NCBI GenBank assembly: GCA_041550235.1
Contig: JBFEPE010000001.1
Location: 8,003 to 72,002, forward strand
Direction: 5' to 3'
DNA: 64,000 nucleotides
Origin: Minisyncoccia bacterium
GTDB lineage: Bacteria > Patescibacteriota > Minisyncoccia > UBA6257 > JAAZHW01
Position 1 is the first letter of the stretch; each line of letters begins with the position of its first letter. Shown here piece by piece: positions 57,306 to 64,000 of the stretch. The translations under genes were made by a program, and so were the position numbers. A model generated the notes under the pieces. It did no database searches. It was not told where the DNA came from and saw only the letters and a program-made list of their open reading frames with translations.

Positions 57306-58598
57306 ATGAAAAAAATATTATTGTTCCTCGTTGTCGTTTCTTTAATTATTCCCTTTGTCCCCGCCAATGCGGAGGATAATGTCATTAATGATGAGAATAT
57401 TATTAATCTGATTGTTGGTGAGGAGAAAAAGATATCTGATGATATTTCTTTAAAATTGATCAAACTAATGGAAGTAGAAGGCAATGCTTTGTGTACAAAA
57501 ACTAATCTGGAACCTTGTCTCAGCTATATAGAGATAAAAATGGGTAATATGTCAAAATCTACCGTAATAACTATGGAAAATTTTTATCCGATATCAAGTT
57601 TTTATCCGACAATCTCTTCTGATTTTAAAATAGGTCTGATTGGAAAAAAAGATTATCAAACCGGAATTTTTGAAATACAAAAAGAAGGATTAATATCTAG
57701 TGTATCCGAGTTAGAACAAGAAATAACACCTTCTTCGCCCAAACCTATTTTAGAAAGTGATATTTCTGAGCCAATTTCTTATCAAACTATTAAGCCTCAA
57801 ATTGGAATAAAGGAATCAATAACAATATCATCTGATCAAATATCAATTTATAACGAAGAAAAAGAAACAGAAACAATATATAATGCTCCAACTTCGGTTG
57901 AAGAGACAAAAACAGCAATAAAAATAGAGGTTGGTGATATAGAATCGGGAAAAAGAGAAATTAATATCAAGCCAGTTAGAGATAAATTAATTTTAGAAAT
58001 GGTAAAAGGAGCGACTAATGAGGATTGCGAGATGTATTCATCTGAGTGCAAAAAGGGGGATGAGATTCTTTGCCAAAAATATGATTTTAATTGCTCTAAT
58101 TTAGAAAAACAAACTTGTGAAAATTATCTCTTGTCTTGTAAAAAAGGCAATGAAGATGCTTGTGTTAAATGGGATTTAAATTGCAAGCAGAAAGAAGTAA
58201 CCCCAGAATTTTGTGGTAAAATTTTATCTCTTTGCCAAGATGGGCTCATAGAGAGATGCAAGGAATATAATGTTTCTTGCCAACAGAAAGAAATTGTTTC
58301 TGTTTCCACCAAAGAAGTTCTTAATATTAAGGAAAATAAAATATTTATGAATGAAAAAGAGATTAAGGTGATGCCGGACACAGCTAGTGAAAGTGCTATT
58401 GATAAATTATCTCTCAATAAAGATGTTGAAATAGAATTGAAAGATACTGGCAAGCCAGTTTATGAGGTGATTGGCTCCCAAGAAAAAAGAATTTTAGGTC
58501 TTTTCAAGACAGCAGTAAAAGTAACAACAACTCTTAGTGCAGAAACAGGAGAAATTGAGAAAACAAAGAAGCCATGGTGGAGTTTCTTGGCATGGTAA
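57306..58598 (+). CDS. Secreted Cys-rich hypothetical protein (430 aa)
   Basis: Signal peptide MKKILLFLVVVSLIIPFVPANA. About 14 Cys in a repetitive CxxC/CxxxC block. Confidence 0.5.
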   Translation: MKKILLFLVVVSLIIPFVPANAEDNVINDENIINLIVGEEKKISDDISLKLIKLMEVEGNALCTKTNLEPCLSYIEIKMGNMSKSTVITMENFYPISSFYPTISSDFKIGLIGKKDYQTGIFEIQKEGLISSVSELEQEITPSSPKPILESDISEPISYQTIKPQIGIKESITISSDQISIYNEEKETETIYNAPTSVEETKTAIKIEVGDIESGKREINIKPVRDKLILEMVKGATNEDCEMYSSECKKGDEILCQKYDFNCSNLEKQTCENYLLSCKKGNEDACVKWDLNCKQKEVTPEFCGKILSLCQDGLIERCKEYNVSCQQKEIVSVSTKEVLNIKENKIFMNEKEIKVMPDTASESAIDKLSLNKDVEIELKDTGKPVYEVIGSQEKRILGLFKTAVKVTTTLSAETGEIEKTKKPWWSFLAW

Positions 58599-58859
58599 GA
58601 TATCTATTGACAAAAAATAAAATATGATTATAATGAGGGGACTTTTTGATTTTTTGACAAAATAATTAATTTGTCCCCTTATTAGGGCTGATAATCGCCC
58701 CAATTATCTTGTGATTTTAAATAAAAATAAGATAAATTAATAAAAGATTAATTTTAGAACCCATTGCTTTTTGCGGGTTGTTTTTGTTCTCATTTTTTAT
58801 TTTATTGCTTGAGGCTGTGGATAAGTGAAATAGAAGGTAAGAACAAGTATAACTGCGAT

Positions 58860-59060
58860 TAGGAATAGGCGAGCATGATGCTTCCTGTCACCCCTGCGAA
58901 GGCAAGGGTCTAAATAAATGGCAAGTGAGTGGTAATAGTGAGGTTGAGATTCCCGCCTTCGCGGGAATGACAAAGAAGAAATAGGAATGACAAAGGAGAG
59001 AGGATGACGCCCCCTCCTGTCGCCTCCGCGAAGGCGGAGGTCTAAAGAAAAGAAAGTAAG
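58860..59060. repeat. GC-hairpin repeat array
   Basis: cacccctgcgaaggcaagggtc, cccgccttcgcgggaatgacaa and cgcctccgcgaaggcggaggtc. Confidence 0.7.
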
Positions 59061-59193
59061 GACTGAATTAAAAATTGAATATAATCTATTTTAGGATTTG
59101 ATTGAGGTAAGGTGGAATAATAAAAAACGGAGGTGGCAATTATCAATTTATTAATTGCCATTTATCCTCCAAGGTTGCCTGTTGTTGATATCA

Positions 59194-59490
59194 CTAATTT
59201 TTAATTTTAAATTCGATTAATAATCCTTTTAGACTATCCTCATCAATTTTAGCAAATCTTAACTCGTCAGATTCAAGGTATTTCAAATGCAAACGAAGAT
59301 TCAAAACATTAGTTGAGCAAGAATCAGTTTTAAAGCTCACAAGAGATAATCCCTCACAAGATTTTCCATAAACAAGAAATGGCACCCATCCATTTATGAA
59401 TTTGCGACTATGATTAATTGCAATAACTATATCACCATCTTCTAAATTCTCTAGTTTCTTAAAATATTTGTCTTCTACTTCTATTGTCAT
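59194..59490 (-). CDS. Hypothetical protein (98 aa) inserted between rpsI and rpoB
   Basis: Preceded on the minus strand by TTGACA-N15-TATAAT and SD aggagg. No family recognised. Confidence 0.45.
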   Translation of the reverse strand: MTIEVEDKYFKKLENLEDGDIVIAINHSRKFINGWVPFLVYGKSCEGLSLVSFKTDSCSTNVLNLRLHLKYLESDELRFAKIDEDSLKGLLIEFKIKN

Positions 59491-59536
59491 GCCTACCTCC
59501 TGAAATCAGATTATAATAGAGAAATTGTTTTGTCAA
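59491..59536 (-). promoter_or_regulatory. Promoter/RBS cassette (TTGACA-N15-TATAAT-ctgatttcaggaggt-ATG), copy 1
   Basis: Reverse complement of 59491-59536. Near-identical copy at 63677-63722. Confidence 0.55.
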
Positions 59537-59539
59537 TGG

Positions 59540-59823
59540 GGAGATTCCCGCCTTCGCGGGAATGACAAAGAAGAATGGAATAAAAATAAATCAAATAATC
59601 CCTCCCCCCGCCTTCGGCGGGGGGAGGGGATAAGGAAGAAACAGGAACGACACCTCTCCCGTGTCACCCCCGCGAAGGCGGGGGTCTAAAAACCAAGGGA
59701 AACACGATGAGAATTGTTGAGATGCCTGCCTCCGCAGGCATGACAATAAAATATTTAAATAATACCCGCCTTCGTTAAAATAGAATATCCGCCTCTGGCG
59801 GACTATGGCGGGCGAAGAAAAAT
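59540..59823. repeat. GC-hairpin repeat array ending at the rpoB start
   Basis: cccgccttcgcgggaatgacaa, ccccccgccttcggcggggggagggg, cacccccgcgaaggcgggggtc, gcctgcctccgcaggcatgac and ...ctatggcgggcgaagaaaaatATG. Confidence 0.75.
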
Positions 59824-62800
59824 ATGGCTAAAAAAATAAAAGTTTTCTCAAGTGAGCCGGATGTGTTGGAGGGATTAAAGAATTTGCCTAATCTTTGCGA
59901 AATCCAATTAAACTCATATAACTGGCTCATAAAAAAAGGGTTTAAGGATTTATTTAAGGAAGTTTTTCCAATAAGTGATTATACCGGCAATGAATTAGAA
60001 ATAGATTTTGATGGTTATTTCTTAGACCAGCCAAAATTTGACGAGATCTCATCAAAAGAAAAACGACTCACTTATGAAGCACCCTTGAGAGTCAATTTCA
60101 AATTAACAGACAAGAAAAGCAAAAGAGAAACAAAGCAAGAAGTATATTTTGGAGACTTTCCTGTCATGACAGACAGGGGAACTTTTATTATAAACGGAGT
60201 AGAACGAGTTGTAATTTCTCAAATTGTTCGCTCCAGTGGATTATATTTCACAGCCGAGATGTTAAAAGGAAGGAAGCATTTTGGTGCAAAAATAATTCCT
60301 GATAGAGGAGCATGGTTGGAATTTTCAACTGGCTTGGATAGAGCAATTTATGTTAAGATTGACAAAAAAAGAAAAATCGCCGTTTCGGCATTATTGAGAA
60401 TATTTGGATTAGATTCAGATGAGAAAATATTAGAGGCATTTAAGGGGACGGATATTGGGGAAGTAAGTTTTATAGAAAAGACGATTAAAAAAGATGCATC
60501 AAAAAATGAAGAAGAGGCATTTATGGAAATTTATAGAAGAATTAGGCCAGGTGATTTAGCCACACCAGAGAGTGCAAAAAGTTTAGTTGAGGCAATGTTT
60601 AAGAGAGATGACAGATATGATTTGAGTGATGTTGGAAGATATAAATTAAATCAAAGATTGGGGATGGGCGATAAAAATAATAGTAGGCAATTGACAATAG
60701 AAGACTTAATTGAAGTTGTTAAAATAATAATAGAATCAAATAATGATAGAACAAAAGAGCCAGACGATATTGATCATTTAGGAAATCGTCGTGTGAGGGC
60801 AGTTGGAGAAGTTTTGCTTTCGCGGATAAGGGTTGGGCTTATGAGATTAAGAAGGGTAGTTCAGGATAGAATGTCTACTTATGATAGGGAAACATTGATG
60901 CCAACTCAATTAATAAATATCAGAACTGTTATGGCGGTCGTTGATGAGTTTTTCAATACCTCTCAATTATCGCAATTTATGAATCAAGAAAATCCATTGT
61001 CCGAGTTAGAGCATAAAAGGAGAATGTCTGCAACAGGTCCGGGTGGATTAAATAGAAAGAGGGCTGGGTTTGAAGTGAGAGATGTTCATCGCACTCACTA
61101 TGGAAGGATTTGTCCAATTCAAACACCAGAAGGAGCAAATGTGGGATTAGTGAGTCATTTGTCTTGTTTTAGCCGTCTCAATGATTTTGGATTTATAGAA
61201 ACACCTTATTTTAAAGTTGAAAATGGAGTAATAACAAAAAAATTAGAATATTTAAATGCTTGGGAGGAGGAAAATTATTATATCGCATCAGCGGGATTTA
61301 AAAAAGATAAAAATAATAAAATAACGGGAAAAGAAGTTGGGGGAAGATATAAGGGAATTCCAGGCTTCTACCCAACTTCAAAAATTCAATTCTCAGATGT
61401 TTCACCATTTCAAATATTTAGTATTGCTACTGGACTTGTTCCATTTGTTGATCACAATGATGCCAACCGTGCTTTGATGGGATCAAATATGCAAAGGCAA
61501 GCTGTCTCTTATGTTTTGTCTCAAGCCCCATTAGTTGGAACGGGTATGGAGGAAAAGGCAGCTGTTGATTCAGGGCAGACATTGGTAAGTAAAGATGCGG
61601 GCGAAGTAACAGAAGTAGATGCTAACCATGTAAAAATAAAAAATAAAAATGGCAAATTAAAATTATATAATCTCCATAATTTTAAGAGAACAAACCAAGA
61701 TACTTGTTTATCTCAAAGGCCAATTGTTAAGGTTGGGCAGAAAGTTAAAGAGGGGCAGGTTTTGGCTGATAGTTTGATGACTGATAATGGAGCATTGGCA
61801 TTAGGACAAAATCTTTTGGTGGCCTTCTTGTCATGGGGTGGTTCTAACTATGAGGATGCTATTGTTTTGTCTGAGAGAGTAGTTCAAGAGGATAGATTTA
61901 CATCAATGCATATTGAGGATTTTTATTGTGATGTGAGGGATACAAAACTTGGTCCGGAATTAACAACATTAGATATTCCAAATGTATCCCTTGAAAGATT
62001 AAAGAATTTGGATGAGGAGGGGATTGTGAGAGTAGGAGCAGAAGTTGGCTCTGGTGACATTTTAGTTGGAAAAATTTCTCCAAAAGGAGAGACTGATTTA
62101 ACGGCTGAGGAGAGATTATTGAGGGCAATATTCGGAGAAAAGGCAAGAGATGTTAAGGATACATCTCTCACTATGAAGCACGGAAAGAGGGGAAGAATAG
62201 TTGGGATAAGAATATTTTCTCGAGAAAATGGAGATAAATTAGAGCCGGGCATAATCAAAAGAATTCAAATTCAAGTTGCTCAAATGAGAAGAGTTTTGGC
62301 TGGGGATAAGTTGGCTGGAAGGCATGGAAACAAAGGAATTATTTCAAAAATTGTCCCAGTAGAGGATATGCCATATATGGAAGACGGGACTCCGGTGGAT
62401 ATTATTCTTAATCCACTGGGTGTTATTTCAAGAATGAATTTAGGGCAGATATTAGAAACTCATTTGGGATTAGCTGCTTCAAAGTTGGGTTATCGTGCAG
62501 TTACCCCTGTTTTTGCTGGTGCGACTGAGGATGAGATACGAAAAGAATTGAAAACGGCTGGTTTTCCAGAAGATGGAAAGGTGGTCCTTTATGATGGGCA
62601 AACAGGAAGGGCATTTGATCAAAGAGTTGTTGTTGGTTATCAATATATGTTGAAGTTGAATCATATGGTTGAGACAAAAATTCATATGAGGTCTATTGGT
62701 CCATATTCTCTAATTACACAGCAACCATTAGGCGGAAAGGCTCAATTAGGAGGACAGAGATTTGGAGAGATGGAAGTATGGGCATTGCAAGGATATGGAG

Positions 62801-63081
62801 CGGCTTATGCTTTGCAAGAAATGCTCACTGTAAAATCAGATGATGTGATGGGAAGGGTTTCTGCTTATGAGGCGATTGTCCGAGGGCAAAAGTTTAGCCC
62901 ACCAAATATTCCAACTTCATTTGATGTATTGATAAATGAGTTGAAGAGTATGGGGTTGAATGTTGAACTTATTGGTGGAACGAAAAAGTTTTTTGATGAT
63001 GATAAGGGAGCGAGAGGTGAGGTAAATGAGATAAGGGGAGAGGCATCAGAAGCATTTTCAGAAGACTCCGAAAGAGAGTAG
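59824..63081 (+). CDS. rpoB: DNA-directed RNA polymerase beta subunit
   Basis: Conserved blocks throughout (GTFIINGVERVVISQ, HRTHYGRICPIQTPEG, NMQRQAV, GGQRFGEMEVWAL). 1085 aa. Confidence 0.95.
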   Translation: MAKKIKVFSSEPDVLEGLKNLPNLCEIQLNSYNWLIKKGFKDLFKEVFPISDYTGNELEIDFDGYFLDQPKFDEISSKEKRLTYEAPLRVNFKLTDKKSKRETKQEVYFGDFPVMTDRGTFIINGVERVVISQIVRSSGLYFTAEMLKGRKHFGAKIIPDRGAWLEFSTGLDRAIYVKIDKKRKIAVSALLRIFGLDSDEKILEAFKGTDIGEVSFIEKTIKKDASKNEEEAFMEIYRRIRPGDLATPESAKSLVEAMFKRDDRYDLSDVGRYKLNQRLGMGDKNNSRQLTIEDLIEVVKIIIESNNDRTKEPDDIDHLGNRRVRAVGEVLLSRIRVGLMRLRRVVQDRMSTYDRETLMPTQLINIRTVMAVVDEFFNTSQLSQFMNQENPLSELEHKRRMSATGPGGLNRKRAGFEVRDVHRTHYGRICPIQTPEGANVGLVSHLSCFSRLNDFGFIETPYFKVENGVITKKLEYLNAWEEENYYIASAGFKKDKNNKITGKEVGGRYKGIPGFYPTSKIQFSDVSPFQIFSIATGLVPFVDHNDANRALMGSNMQRQAVSYVLSQAPLVGTGMEEKAAVDSGQTLVSKDAGEVTEVDANHVKIKNKNGKLKLYNLHNFKRTNQDTCLSQRPIVKVGQKVKEGQVLADSLMTDNGALALGQNLLVAFLSWGGSNYEDAIVLSERVVQEDRFTSMHIEDFYCDVRDTKLGPELTTLDIPNVSLERLKNLDEEGIVRVGAEVGSGDILVGKISPKGETDLTAEERLLRAIFGEKARDVKDTSLTMKHGKRGRIVGIRIFSRENGDKLEPGIIKRIQIQVAQMRRVLAGDKLAGRHGNKGIISKIVPVEDMPYMEDGTPVDIILNPLGVISRMNLGQILETHLGLAASKLGYRAVTPVFAGATEDEIRKELKTAGFPEDGKVVLYDGQTGRAFDQRVVVGYQYMLKLNHMVETKIHMRSIGPYSLITQQPLGGKAQLGGQRFGEMEVWALQGYGAAYALQEMLTVKSDDVMGRVSAYEAIVRGQKFSPPNIPTSFDVLINELKSMGLNVELIGGTKKFFDDDKGARGEVNEIRGEASEAFSEDSERE

Positions 63082-63202
63082 TTATTCTTTAAAAATTAAA
63101 AATCAGATTTCAGGATTTTTTCAGGAGTGGGTTGGTGGGGAAATAAAAAAGGGCAGAGGTTGCTTTTTCTCAAAGCAACATGCCCGGTGAATACGAGATT
63201 AT

Positions 63203-63676
63203 TTAATTTAAAAAATTAAAAGATATTTCGATCTCGGATACCTCTGATAATTCCAATTTGGTGAGACCACTAAAGAAATTGATTAAGGCCAAAGATGGTC
63301 TTTCACATTCATGTCCCAATTTGATTTGTCTTTTCCAAAACCTTCTCTTCTCTAATACCTCTTCAATATGATAGATGTTGTGATAGACCTTATGCTCAGT
63401 TCTTTCAATGACCTTGAGAACTCTTTTCAGATGACCGCCTTCGGGAAATGTGATAATTAACCCCTTATGCATTTTTTCTTTATTAACCATTTGCCTGTAC
63501 TTAATCATTTTTTCGTAGTCGCATAAATATTGAACGATGCAATAAATTGGAATTTCATTATAAGATGAAACAAGGTCGGCTGTTTTTGCCTCAACTAGTT
63601 CATAAAACACGGCACCATTTTCATCAGGCTCCATCTTCCTTAGTTCAAGATTAAGAAATTCTTCTTTTTTACCCAT
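63203..63676 (-). CDS. Hypothetical protein (157 aa) inserted between rpoB and rpoC
   Basis: Same promoter/RBS cassette as 59194..59490. No family recognised. Confidence 0.45.
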   Translation of the reverse strand: MGKKEEFLNLELRKMEPDENGAVFYELVEAKTADLVSSYNEIPIYCIVQYLCDYEKMIKYRQMVNKEKMHKGLIITFPEGGHLKRVLKVIERTEHKVYHNIYHIEEVLEKRRFWKRQIKLGHECERPSLALINFFSGLTKLELSEVSEIEISFNFLN

Positions 63677-63722
63677 TGAAACCTCCTGAAATTAGATTAT
63701 AATAAATAAATTATTTTGTCAA
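63677..63722 (-). promoter_or_regulatory. Promoter/RBS cassette, copy 2 (TTGACA-N15-TATAAT-ctaatttcaggaggt-ATG)
   Basis: Reverse complement of 63677-63722. Confidence 0.55.
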
Positions 63723-63729
63723 TAATATA

Positions 63730-64000
<271 letters not shown>

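Overview
The window is AT-rich (roughly one-third GC by eye) and gene-dense. It looks like a reduced-genome bacterium of the CPR/Patescibacteria type; that lineage call is inference only.

Core genes (product, coordinates, strand):
- ftsA, 3' part (1..864 +)
- dnaB (1836..3212 -)
- cysS (4189..5598 -)
- pth (6275..6814 -)
- dus (7245..8207 +)
- M50/S2P protease (8914..9540 +)
- proS (9601..10863 +)
- a short alaS (12185..14068 +)
- an FKBP (14097..14576 +)
- trmD (20387..21097 -)
- ybaB (21269..21517 -)
- archaeal-type aspS (21843..23147 +)
- murC (23152..24528 +) and murD (25646..27070 +)
- a GT2 synthase (49041..50615 +)
- the jag/yidC/yidD/rnpA cluster (50780..53915 -)
- rpoA/rplQ/rplM/rpsI (55080..57251 +)
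- rpoB (59824..63081 +) and the start of rpoC (63871..64000 +)

A 23S rRNA gene (about 15020-19430) carries five short intervening sequences that share the terminal inverted repeat CCAGCCCCAGTTTT/AAAACTGGGGCTGG. One of these encodes a GIY-YIG endonuclease. The gene also carries a group I intron with recognisable R/S elements, two further expansions, and a 5S rRNA downstream after an ASCH-domain gene.

The main accessory feature is an insertion of about 18 kb (about 27495-45550). It splits a tRNA-Thr(GGT) gene in its anticodon loop, leaving the two halves at about 27457-27494 and about 45551-45592 with a 7-nt ATGGTAA repeat at both junctions. The insertion carries its own divergent tRNA-Thr(GGT), two tyrosine recombinases, and a seven-gene plus-strand operon (30838-41454). 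That operon runs PD-(D/E)XK+gamma-MTase fusion, KAP P-loop NTPase, HsdS-like specificity subunit, UvrD-like SF1 helicase, putative PD-(D/E)XK nuclease, small ORF, then a GmrSD-like DUF262/DUF1524 protein fused to a Schlafen/AlbA_2 domain. It is the best candidate for an undescribed composite defence system. The insertion also holds a secreted EEP/DNase-I-like nuclease and TGGCTAC iteron-like repeats.

Just beyond the insertion, a 2.7-kb module is flanked by 50-bp direct repeats. It holds a 403-aa protein with TGT-like FDC and CxCxxC motifs, a PIN nuclease, and a convergent PD-(D/E)XK nuclease.

Genome-wide there is a dispersed family of GC-rich hairpin repeats (CCCGCC-N4-GGCGGG cores). One flavour sits immediately 5' of the start codons of aspS, rplM, rpsI, rpoB and rpoC as ...GGCGGGCGAAGAAAAATATG.

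Other notable points: RpoA appears to lack the alpha-CTD. Two minus-strand genes with near-identical promoter/RBS cassettes sit between rpsI-rpoB and rpoB-rpoC. A structured GNRA-hairpin RNA element lies upstream of an island membrane-protein gene.
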